This document shows, one piece after another, positions 1 through 8,722 of a stretch of DNA of 32,000 nt. Source of the DNA: Fastidiosibacter lacustris (GTDB lineage: Bacteria > Pseudomonadota > Gammaproteobacteria > Francisellales > Francisellaceae); NCBI RefSeq assembly GCF_003428155.1, contig NZ_QLIR01000002.1, positions 210,001-242,000 of the forward strand. The letters are read 5' to 3'. The notes below the pieces were generated by a model, which saw only the letters and a list, made by a program, of their open reading frames with translations, ran no database searches and was not told the origin of the DNA. How positions within the stretch are numbered: position 1 is the first letter of the stretch; every line of letters begins with the position of its first letter. A program made the position numbers and the translations under genes.

Positions 1-1
1 C

Positions 2-493
2 TTGTCGCCCCAGGGGAAGCCATTAACACAAGCACGTGTTAAGGAGCTTGCCTGTGAAGATGCTTTAATCTTGCTTTGTGGTCGTTATGAAGGTATTGAC
101 GAACGTTTGATTGAGCGTCATGTTGATGAAGAAATCTCGATTGGTGATTATGTGTTAAGTGGTGGCGAGTTACCAGCAATGGTATTGATGGACAGTATTA
201 TGCGTCTGTTGCCGGATGTTTTAAACGATCAAGAATCAGCAGTTGAAGATTCATTTTATAATGGTTTGCTAGATTGTCCGCATTATACACGCCCAGCTCA
301 ACATAGTGAGGCAGGGGATGTGCCAGCAGTGCTGTTATCAGGTGATCATAGAAAAATTCAACAATGGCGACAGCAACAAAAAATAAAACGCACATTTATG
401 CGGCGCAAAGATTTGATTGAGTGCCTATGTCTATCGGATGAAGATAAGCAATACCTTGCGCAAATAGCGCATGAAGAACAAAATAAAACGTGA
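2..493 (+). CDS. trmD: tRNA (guanine-N1)-methyltransferase TrmD, C-terminal part (5' end outside window)
   Basis: Protein contains [51 protein letters not shown], the characteristic TrmD knot region; followed directly by rplS as in the conserved ribosomal-protein operon. Confidence 0.97.
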   Translation: MSPQGKPLTQARVKELACEDALILLCGRYEGIDERLIERHVDEEISIGDYVLSGGELPAMVLMDSIMRLLPDVLNDQESAVEDSFYNGLLDCPHYTRPAQHSEAGDVPAVLLSGDHRKIQQWRQQQKIKRTFMRRKDLIECLCLSDEDKQYLAQIAHEEQNKT

Positions 494-522
494 TAGAGAA
501 TGCACATTTAGGAGAAAAATAA

Positions 523-870
523 ATGAAAAGTAAATATTTAGAATTAGTTGAAAAATCACAATTACGTAGCGATATCCCAACGATGTATCCAGGTGATTCT
601 GTTGTTGTTAATGTCTGGGTAAAAGAAGGTGATAAAGCACGTGTTCAAGCTTTCAAGGGCTTTGTGTTAGCAATTAAAAATCGTGGTATTAACTCAGCTT
701 TTACCGTGCGCAAAATGTCATCTGGGGAGGGTGTTGAACGCACATTCCAAACACACAGTCCAATTATTGAAAGTGTAATCATAGAAAGACGTGCAAAAGT
801 TCGTCGCGCTAAACTTTACTACATGCGTGGACTTACTGGTAAGGCTGCAAGAATTAAAGAAAAAGTATAA
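523..870 (+). CDS. rplS: 50S ribosomal protein L19
   Basis: 115 aa with L19 motifs ([92 protein letters not shown]); RBS AGGAG upstream. Confidence 0.98.
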   Translation: MKSKYLELVEKSQLRSDIPTMYPGDSVVVNVWVKEGDKARVQAFKGFVLAIKNRGINSAFTVRKMSSGEGVERTFQTHSPIIESVIIERRAKVRRAKLYYMRGLTGKAARIKEKV

Positions 871-887
871 TTTTAAAAGTACTCCCC

Positions 888-923
888 AATATCAATATCA
901 ATATCAATATCAATATCAATATC
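888..923 (+). repeat. Tandem hexamer repeat (AATATC)x6, followed by one degenerate unit (AATACC, 924-929)
   Basis: Direct count in the sequence after ACTCCCC. Confidence 0.97.
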
Positions 924-956
924 AATACCACTAAACAGTAAAAGAGACATTTTTTA
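918..956 (+). repeat. Copy 1 of an approximately 40-bp dispersed repeat; inverted copy at 19125-19164
   Basis: AATATCAATACCACTAAACAGTAAAAGAGACATTTTTTA matches the reverse complement of 19125-19164 (AATATCAAGATCACTAAACAGTAAAAAGAGACATTTTTTA) with 2 mismatches and a 1-nt indel. Confidence 0.9.
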
Positions 957-1040
957 TTGTAAAATTGGTTCACTTTTTAATGGTTCAAGACAGATCTTGT
1001 AATCTGTTGAACTCAGATAATAAAATCTATTTAATTTTGT

Positions 1041-1235
1041 TTACATCAATATTTTTATAGCTTGATACTGCTTAAGGTTGCGTTTAGCTTCTGCCATATC
1101 GGAATAGACTTTATAGTCTTTCAAATAAACCTCTTTATGTCATATGCTCAATAAAAATATGATCAAAAGCTGCCCATCTACGTTGATTTTAATATCATTG
1201 ACAAAGCATATTTAAACGAAGTGCTGACTTCTATT
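1041..1235 (-). pseudogene. Decayed IS3-family-like transposase (OrfB integrase C-terminal) remnant
   Basis: Minus-strand fragments in shifted frames: IKINVDG, RRWAAFDHIFIEHM, HKEVYLKDYKVYSDMAEAKRNLKQY. These resemble the OrfB tail pattern ISMDG-GR..DN.FIERLWR..K.EEVYLKDY. Interrupted by stops and frameshifts. Confidence 0.55.
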
Positions 1236-1426
1236 CTAGACCTCATGGTTGGTGATGTTAAGGATGGTTTATTGGTTTTTTGATGGAGATTGAGTAAGTA
1301 AGATTGAGATGATGTGAAAATCTTAGTTTTTGGTGGTCAATCCGATATTTTGGTTTTATTATTAGCGGCAAATTAAGGTTTGATGATATAAAGATATAAT
1401 CTTTTGATTCAGGGAGTATTTACTCA

Positions 1427-2938
1427 ATGCCAATATTGCAATGGCTCAATAGAGAGGAAAGCATAAGAAAAAGCAGTAAGGTGCCGTATCGTTTGTTAGA
1501 GGTTGACGATAGTTTATCTTATGGTGACAAAGATACTGAAAATATGTTGATACAGGGAGATAACCTTGATGCGTTAAAGGCTTTGTTGCCTTATTATGCG
1601 GGTAAAGTGAAGTGTATATTTATAGACCCCCCATACAATACTAAAAGTGCTTTTGAGTATTACGAGGATAACTTAGAGCATACAAAATGGCTTGAGATGA
1701 TGTATCCAAGGTTGGAGTTATTGCGCGAATTATTGAGTGAAGATGGAAGTATTTGGGTAACGATAGATGATAACGAAGCACATTATTTAAAAGTTATAAT
1801 GGATGAGGTTTTTGGAAGAAAAAACTTTGTAACCAACATTGTTTGGCAAAAAAAATATACAACCTCAAATGATTCAAAAGGTATTCCTGATTCCCATGAT
1901 CATATTTTAGTTTTTAAAAAATCAGAAAAATTTGAAAGAGGTCTTCTTCCAAGAAATGATAAGCAGAATTCAATGTATAAATACGATGATGGTGATGGAA
2001 GGGGTTTATACAGAACTGACAATATTCTTGTTAAAAGCTTTTCGCAAAGCGGTGTTTTTCCAATAATCAATCCTAATACTAGCAAAGAATATATGCCCCC
2101 CGAAGGTAAATGTTGGAGAACAAATAAGGAAAATATGGAAAAATGGATCAAAGAAAACAGGATTTACTTTGGGAAAGATGGGAAAGGATCCCCGCAATTA
2201 AAAAGATATCTAAATGAAGTTAAACAAGGAATAGTTCCCAATACTTGGTGGACATTTGAAGATGCTGGCCATAACGATCAATCAAAGAAAGAATTACAAA
2301 AACTTTTTACGAGAGATATTTTTGATACTCCGAAACCAGAAAAGCTTATTCAGCGAATCTTATCTTTGGCTACTAGTGAAAACGATTTAGTCCTTGATTC
2401 CTTTCTTGGATCAGGCACCACCGCAGCAGTTGCTCACAAAATGGGGCGTAGATACATTGGTATTGAAATGGGCGAACATGCTAAAATACATTGTGCAGAT
2501 CGTTTAAAAAAAGTGATTGATGGTGAACAGGGAGGTATTTCTAAAAATGTAAACTGGCAGGGTGGAGGTGGCTTTAGATTTTATCATTTAGGCCAACCTA
2601 TATTTGATGACAAAGGACACATAAACCCTAAGATTAAATTTGATCACTTAGCCGCTCATGTATGGTTTTGTGAAACGCATACGCCTTTTGAGAATAAAGA
2701 TAAGTCTGCATTTTTAGGCATCCATAATGACGTTGCTTATTATCTTTTGTATAACGGAATTTTAGGCGACAAAAGACCACATGGCGGTAATGTGTTGACG
2801 AATAAAATATTGGAAACATTACCAAAGCATGATGGCATAAAAGTTATTTATGGTGAATCAAGCCGAATAAGTGATAAGAAACTTAAAGAGTTAAATATTA
2901 CTTTCAAGCAAACCCCTTATGATGTTAAGAGCAGTTAG
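1427..2938 (+). CDS. mod: Type III restriction-modification system DNA methyltransferase (Mod), adenine-specific, beta-class motif order
   Basis: DPPYNT motif (FIDPPYNTKSAFEYYEDNLEHTKWLEMMYPRLELLRELLSEDGSIWVTIDDNE) precedes the SAM-binding motif (DSFLGSGTTAAVAHKMGRRYIGIEM); directly followed by res. Confidence 0.93.
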   Translation: MPILQWLNREESIRKSSKVPYRLLEVDDSLSYGDKDTENMLIQGDNLDALKALLPYYAGKVKCIFIDPPYNTKSAFEYYEDNLEHTKWLEMMYPRLELLRELLSEDGSIWVTIDDNEAHYLKVIMDEVFGRKNFVTNIVWQKKYTTSNDSKGIPDSHDHILVFKKSEKFERGLLPRNDKQNSMYKYDDGDGRGLYRTDNILVKSFSQSGVFPIINPNTSKEYMPPEGKCWRTNKENMEKWIKENRIYFGKDGKGSPQLKRYLNEVKQGIVPNTWWTFEDAGHNDQSKKELQKLFTRDIFDTPKPEKLIQRILSLATSENDLVLDSFLGSGTTAAVAHKMGRRYIGIEMGEHAKIHCADRLKKVIDGEQGGISKNVNWQGGGGFRFYHLGQPIFDDKGHINPKIKFDHLAAHVWFCETHTPFENKDKSAFLGIHNDVAYYLLYNGILGDKRPHGGNVLTNKILETLPKHDGIKVIYGESSRISDKKLKELNITFKQTPYDVKSS

Positions 2939-2940
2939 TT

Positions 2941-5553
2941 ATGTTTAAATTAAGGCAATATCAGATTAACACAATTGAAGTATTAAAAAGTTATCTTTCT
3001 GGCGCAAGATTTTCAAACCCAAAAAGTGCCTATGATACAATCCAAAAAGCAAATTATGGTCAGGGGCAATATAAGCCGTTTAATAGTTTAGAGGGTTTAC
3101 AAGATGCACCTTATGTTTGCTTAAGATTACCGACAGGAGGAGGTAAGACGTTACTATCAGCGCATACCATAAAATTAGCGAGTGAACATTATCTTGAAAG
3201 TGACTATCCCTTAACATTATGGCTTGTGCCAACTGATAAGATTAAGCAACAAACTTTAGAGACACTAACTGATGAAGATCACCCAAACAGGAAAGTGTTA
3301 AATGAAGCATTTGGTGGTAAGTTTCGAGTATTTGACATTGCTGATTTTAGACAAATACGCCCTGCTGATATTGATAGTGGCGCATGTATTATTATTTCCA
3401 CATTTCAATCTTTGCGAGTAGATGACACCAATGGGCGCAAGGTATATGCACATGATGAAAACTTAGAGCCACATTTTAGTAAAATATCGGCAATAGAATC
3501 GATGGAGTTTTTAGAGGACTCCAACCAATTAAAATATTCTTTAGTGAATTTATTGCACTGGTATAGACCTTTAGTGATTATTGATGAAGCGCATAATGCA
3601 AAATCAGAATTAAGTATTGAAGTGTTAAGGCGCGTTAATGCAGCTTGTGTTATTGAATACACGGCAACACCTGCTAAAAATAGTAATGTTATTCATTTAG
3701 TCACAGCAGCAGAATTAAAAGCTGAGGAAATGATAAAGTTACCTTTAGTTGTTCAGCCTGCAAAAACGTGGCAAGTTGCAGTAGAGCAAAGTATACAGAC
3801 ACGTCAAAAACTAGAGGAGTTAGCCAATAATTCTAAACTTGAAGATCAATATATACGCCCTATAGTGCTATTTCAGGCTGAGAAAAAAGACCGAGATATA
3901 ACAGTAGAAGTATTAAAACGACATTTAATTGAATCTGAAAAGATCAAAGAAGAAGAAATAGCCATTGCAACAGGTACACAAAAAGAGCTAGACGGCTTAG
4001 ACCTTTTTAATCGCAACTGTAAGATACGTTACATTATAACGGTAGAAGCATTAAAAGAGGGGTGGGATTGTTCTTTTGCTTATGTGTTATGTTCAATTGC
4101 TAACACAACATCGGCAACAGCGATTGAGCAGTTAATAGGGCGCGTATTAAGAATGCCTTACGCACAAAGAAGAAAGCAAGAAGTGCTTAATAAGGCATAT
4201 GCACATACAGCATCGACAAGTTGGCTCAATACCGTTGATAAATTAAAAGATTGTTTAGTTAAAATGGGCTTTGAAAAGCAAGAAGCAGAGCAAGTTATTT
4301 ATCAGCAATCGTTAGATGGTTTTAATGATAATGTTGAAGATGTCATACAATTTTCATTAAGTGGGGATTTTGATTCATTCAGTCTTGATTTAGTTGAGCA
4401 GTCAAATATAACACTCACAAAAAATGATAAAGGTGTAACGCAAGTAACCTATAAAGGTGCTTTAGCTAAAGATACTATTGAGAATCTAGTTAATGCAATT
4501 AAAGACCCAGAAGAAAAGAAAAAAGTTGCACGTAAACTTGATGTAAAAATGCAGCATAAAGAGGAAAGACTAAGCCCATCACAGCGAGGTGAGCGTTTTA
4601 TACTTCCTCAAATATGCCTATGCCTTGATGATGATTGGGATGTAGCCGAACCAGAATCTTATTTACATTTACAAGGTGATTGGCGAATTGCAGATTATTA
4701 TAAGCCATTGACTAAAGATGATTTTTCATTAGATGAAGATGGTAAGCAATATATAATCGACATTGCCAATCAAAAAATGCAAGTAGGGTTTTTAGGTAAA
4801 AAAGAACAGTTGTCATTATACGGTATCAAAACGAATATCACAGTTAATGATTTATGTTCTTGGTTTGATCACAATTTACGTTCACATGATATTACATCAC
4901 AACATCTACTTGAATATATACGAAAAACGATTGAAGCATTGCTTGAACGTGGTGACTTGGATATAGCCGCTTTAGTTCGAGGTAAATATATTCTTCAGAA
5001 GGTGCTAAAAGACAGAATTAATCAAGCTCGAAAAGAAGCGCAGAAGAAAGGCTTTCAGCTATGTTTACTGGATAATGACATAATGCAAGTAGACCTATCA
5101 CAGTATGCGTTTGAGTTTCCAATCAATTACCCAATTAATCAATACTACGAGGGGAGTTACCAATTTAAGAATCATTACTACCCTCAGATTGCAGCTATGA
5201 ATAAAGAAGAATTCGAGTGCGCTAAGGTGCTTGATATGCACGATAGTATCGAATATTGGTTAAGGAATATTGAAAATCAACCAGATAAATCGTTTTGGCT
5301 TCCAACAGATAGCAGTAGATTTTATCCTGATTTTATAGCCAAGCTTAAAGATGATCGTTTGCTGATTGTTGAATACAAGGGGCAACATTTGCTTACGAAT
5401 GAGGATAGTAAACAAAAAGAGTTAATCGGTCATCGTTGGGCTGAACTTTCTCATAATTTATTTTTGATGGCTACTAATAAAGATGATAAAGGGAGAGGTG
5501 TTTTTGAGCAGATTGATTGCTTATTGAAGAATGAAAGTTTTATAGTACCTTAA
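2941..5553 (+). CDS. res: Type III restriction endonuclease subunit (Res)
   Basis: 870 aa; Walker A-type RLPTGGGKTLLSAHTI, DEAH box LVIIDEAHNAKSE, helicase motif EQLIGRVLRMPYAQR, C-terminal PD-(D/E)XK-like FYPDFIAKLKDDRLLIVEYKG. Confidence 0.94.
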   Translation: MFKLRQYQINTIEVLKSYLSGARFSNPKSAYDTIQKANYGQGQYKPFNSLEGLQDAPYVCLRLPTGGGKTLLSAHTIKLASEHYLESDYPLTLWLVPTDKIKQQTLETLTDEDHPNRKVLNEAFGGKFRVFDIADFRQIRPADIDSGACIIISTFQSLRVDDTNGRKVYAHDENLEPHFSKISAIESMEFLEDSNQLKYSLVNLLHWYRPLVIIDEAHNAKSELSIEVLRRVNAACVIEYTATPAKNSNVIHLVTAAELKAEEMIKLPLVVQPAKTWQVAVEQSIQTRQKLEELANNSKLEDQYIRPIVLFQAEKKDRDITVEVLKRHLIESEKIKEEEIAIATGTQKELDGLDLFNRNCKIRYIITVEALKEGWDCSFAYVLCSIANTTSATAIEQLIGRVLRMPYAQRRKQEVLNKAYAHTASTSWLNTVDKLKDCLVKMGFEKQEAEQVIYQQSLDGFNDNVEDVIQFSLSGDFDSFSLDLVEQSNITLTKNDKGVTQVTYKGALAKDTIENLVNAIKDPEEKKKVARKLDVKMQHKEERLSPSQRGERFILPQICLCLDDDWDVAEPESYLHLQGDWRIADYYKPLTKDDFSLDEDGKQYIIDIANQKMQVGFLGKKEQLSLYGIKTNITVNDLCSWFDHNLRSHDITSQHLLEYIRKTIEALLERGDLDIAALVRGKYILQKVLKDRINQARKEAQKKGFQLCLLDNDIMQVDLSQYAFEFPINYPINQYYEGSYQFKNHYYPQIAAMNKEEFECAKVLDMHDSIEYWLRNIENQPDKSFWLPTDSSRFYPDFIAKLKDDRLLIVEYKGQHLLTNEDSKQKELIGHRWAELSHNLFLMATNKDDKGRGVFEQIDCLLKNESFIVP

Positions 5554-5584
5554 CAATTTTGAAGTCTTAAATTAGAGTGTTAAA

Positions 5585-6472
5585 ATGGCTGAGTATTCTG
5601 AAATTATTGACCAATTTCTTGATGATGTATGGCTTGCTGAAGGCTTAAGTCAAAATACATTGTTATCTTATAAAACAGATTTGATCCATTTGACTAAAGC
5701 TTATGATAAAAGAGACTTATTAACATTGGGCTTAATAGAATTACAAAATTTTTTAGCTAAGCGCCTAAATATTGGTTATAGCGCGCGCTCAAATGCACGA
5801 ATGATCTCAACTTTGCATAAATTTTATCAATGGTGTCATGCGCAAAACAAAATTATTGCTGATCCAACACAAAAACTCATTTTACCAAAATTACCAAAAA
5901 GTTTGCCAAAAGATTTATCCGAACAAGAAGTGGAAAAACTATTAGATGCTCCAGACTTAACGACAGAGATCGGAATACGTGATAAGGCGTTATTAGAGCT
6001 TATTTATGCCACAGGGTTACGTGTCAGCGAATTGGTTAATTTAACAGTTGATGATGTGAACTTGCGTCAAGGTGTGGTGCGGGTGATGGGAAAAGGTTCA
6101 AAAGAGCGTCTAGTACCAACAGGAGAATATGCACTTGAGTATTTGAATAAATATATTGATGAGGTTCGAGAAGACTGGCTGCAAGGATTAAAGCTCAATA
6201 AGCTTTTTATTTCACATCATAGAAAAGGGATTACACGTCAAACATTTTGGCATCGCATTAAATATTATGCAAATTTAGTCGATATTAAAAAAGAAATATC
6301 ACCTCATACCTTGCGCCATGCGTTTGCAACACACTTACTCAATCACGGTGCTGATTTGCGCTCAGTGCAAATGCTTTTAGGTCACAGTAGCGTCTCTACC
6401 ACAACAATTTATACCCACATATCCCAAGTGAGACTAATGAATCTATATAAGGAACATCATCCACGCGCTTGA
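5585..6472 (+). CDS. xerD: Site-specific tyrosine recombinase XerD
   Basis: 295 aa with ATGLRVSELVNL, HTLRHAFATHLLNHGADLRSVQMLLGHSSVSTTTIYTH (Arg/His-x-x-Arg/Tyr catalytic set). Confidence 0.93.
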   Translation: MAEYSEIIDQFLDDVWLAEGLSQNTLLSYKTDLIHLTKAYDKRDLLTLGLIELQNFLAKRLNIGYSARSNARMISTLHKFYQWCHAQNKIIADPTQKLILPKLPKSLPKDLSEQEVEKLLDAPDLTTEIGIRDKALLELIYATGLRVSELVNLTVDDVNLRQGVVRVMGKGSKERLVPTGEYALEYLNKYIDEVREDWLQGLKLNKLFISHHRKGITRQTFWHRIKYYANLVDIKKEISPHTLRHAFATHLLNHGADLRSVQMLLGHSSVSTTTIYTHISQVRLMNLYKEHHPRA

Positions 6473-6550
6473 GCAAAAGTCTATCATAATAATGAGCTTT
6501 TAATATTTAAACTTTATTCTATATTCAACTAAAGGAGTGGATAGGATTTA

Positions 6551-8722
6551 TTGGAGTATATTGTGCAGTCATATCAACAGGATAGTGGTATTTTAGCATT
6601 TGTTCAGGTGGCTAGTTTATATCAAATTGCACTTGATCCTAAAACGATTCATCACCAATTTGCAACGACTAATCAAGCGTTAGATTGTCAGACGTTGTTG
6701 CGCGCAATCAAACGAAATGGCTTTAAAGCAAAGCTTGTCAAAACAGAACCAAGTACTATTCATTCATCTGCTTTACCTGCAATTGCATGTGGGAAAACGC
6801 ATTATTTTGTAGTGGTTGGTATTAATGATAAGCATGAATACTTGATTATCTCACCACACAATACAGAGCTTGTTCGTTTGTCTTATGAAGAATTTAGTGA
6901 ACTGTTTGCCAATAAAATAATTTATTTAAATCCACAGGGGCAAGGATCAAACAAGAAAAGTTTTAATATCAAATGGTTTATTCCAGTGTTTTGGAAGTAT
7001 AAACATGTATTTAAGGATGTGTTGATTGCTTCATTCTTTTTGCAATTATTTGCTTTAGTCACACCATTATTTTTTCAGGTGGTGATGGATAAAGTTGTTG
7101 TGCATCAAGCACTCACTTCACTTGAGATTTTAGCCATTGGATTTGTTGCAGTGAGTATATTTGAAATGCTGTTGGGCTCAATTAGAACGTATTTATTTGC
7201 GCATACAACAAGTCGGGTGGATGTAGAACTTGGGACAAAGTTGTATCAGCATTTACTAAGTTTACCCTTGGCTTATTTCGAAGCACGACAGGTAGGACAA
7301 AATGTAGCACGCGTGAAAGAGTTAGATAATATTCGTCAATTTTTAACCAGTAGCGCATTAACGCTTATTATTGACTTAGGGTTTACTTTTATCTTTTTTG
7401 CAGTGATGTGGTTTTATTCTGCTAAATTGACCTTGATTGTTTTAGCGACAATTCCTTGTTATGTTTTATTATCTTTGTTTATTACACCGATTTTAAAATA
7501 TCGTCTAGACAAGGCATTTAAGGAGGGGGCGAAGAATCAAGCTTTTCTAACTGAATCTTTAACAGGTATTCAAACCATTAAAGCCGCTGCAATTGAACCA
7601 CAAATGCAGCATAGATGGGAAGATAATCTATCCAATTATGTACGCACGAACTTTCGTGCGTAAAACTTAAGCAATATTACTTCTCAAATTGCTCAATTTA
7701 TCAATAAACTCACCATTTTGCTAATCATCTTTTTTGGCGTGAATTTAGTAATTATGGGAAGCTTAACCATTGGTCAGCTCATCGCTTTTAATATGTTAGC
7801 AGGGCGTGTTACAGGACCGATTTTGAAAGTAGTACAATTATGGCAGGATTTTCAGCAGGTCAGTATTTCCTTAAAGCGTTTAGGGGATATCTTGAACAGT
7901 AGACCTGAGGAAGAGCCAACGAATATGCAGCATAAGCTTACCAAAGTTGAAGGTGAGATTGAATTTAAAAATGTGCATTTTCAATATCAGATTGATACTC
8001 CAGCGGTATTAAATAATATTTCATTTATCGTAAAACCTGGTCAATCGATTGGTATTGTTGGTCGTTCAGGGTCAGGGAAAAGCACGCTAACTAAGCTTAT
8101 TCAAAGGCTTTATGTTTCGCAATCTGGTAGGATTTTACTTGATGGTGCTGATATATCATCCTTAAGTGCCGTGTGGTTAAGGCAGCAAATTGGTGTGGTA
8201 TTGCAAGAGAACTTTTTGTTTAACCATAGTATTCGTGACAATATTGCATTAACTTGTCCTGGTATTGCACTTGATTTAGTTGTGCATGCCTCAAAGCTTG
8301 CAGGTGCGCATGAGTTTATTGTGAAACTTAAAAATGGTTATGACACTATTGTTGAGGAGCAAGGTGCAAATTTTTCAGGAGGACAAAAGCAGCGTATTGC
8401 AATTGCTAGAGCCTTGATTAATGAGCCAAAAATTTTAATTTTTGATGAGGCAACTTCAGCCCTTGATTATGAATCAGAGTATATTATTCAACAAAATATG
8501 GCTGCAATTGCTAAAGACAGAACACTTTTTATAATTGCACATCGATTATCGACTGTTAAGCATTGTGATCAAGTTCTTTATTTAGATCAAGGTCAGATTG
8601 TTGAACATGGAACACACGATGAACTTATTGCCCAAAATGGGCACTATGCGAAGTTGTATCAAGCACAATTTGTAAAAGTGGGTGTGAATCAGGAGGATAG
8701 TCAATGCAAAAAGTATGGATAA
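6551..8722 (+). pseudogene. hlyB: Type I secretion system ABC transporter/permease, HlyB-like, interrupted by an in-frame TAA at 7661-7663
   Basis: The track ORFs 6551..7663 and 7718..8722 are in the same frame. Reading through the TAA gives NYVRTNFRA*NLSNITSQIAQFINKLTILLIIFFGVNLVIMGSLTIGQLIAFNMLAGRVTGPIL, continuous HlyB homology. N-terminal C39-like domain; C-terminal ABC NBD (GIVGRSGSGKSTL, FSGGQKQRIAIARAL, ILIFDEATSALD). TTG start at 6551. Confidence 0.88.
7641..7662 (+). repeat. Perfect 9-bp inverted repeat: TACGCACGA-ACTT-TCGTGCGTA, overlapping the premature stop
   Basis: Direct reading: arms 7641-7649 and 7654-7662, 4-nt loop. Confidence 0.95.

Noticed and set aside
888-929. Hexamer array as a CRISPR or direct-repeat array with spacers
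   Set aside because: The units are contiguous 6-mers without spacers, and no cas-like genes are present.
5585-6472. XerD-like recombinase as the integrase of a mobile island carrying the type III R-M
   Set aside because: The sequence matches housekeeping XerD (full length, canonical C-terminus HTLRHAFATHLLNHGADLRSVQMLLGHSSVSTTTIYTH). No att-like direct repeats were recognised around the R-M unit.
7641-7663. Programmed stop-codon recoding (selenocysteine, pyrrolysine or read-through) in hlyB
   Set aside because: The stop is TAA, not TGA or TAG, and a 9-bp stem ending on the stop is not a SECIS or known read-through geometry. Pseudogenisation or sequence error is simpler.
6551-8722. Two separate ABC transporter genes, as the ORF track suggests
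   Set aside because: Both ORFs share one reading frame and homology continues across the TAA. The second ORF begins with TTG inside a transmembrane segment. One interrupted gene fits better.
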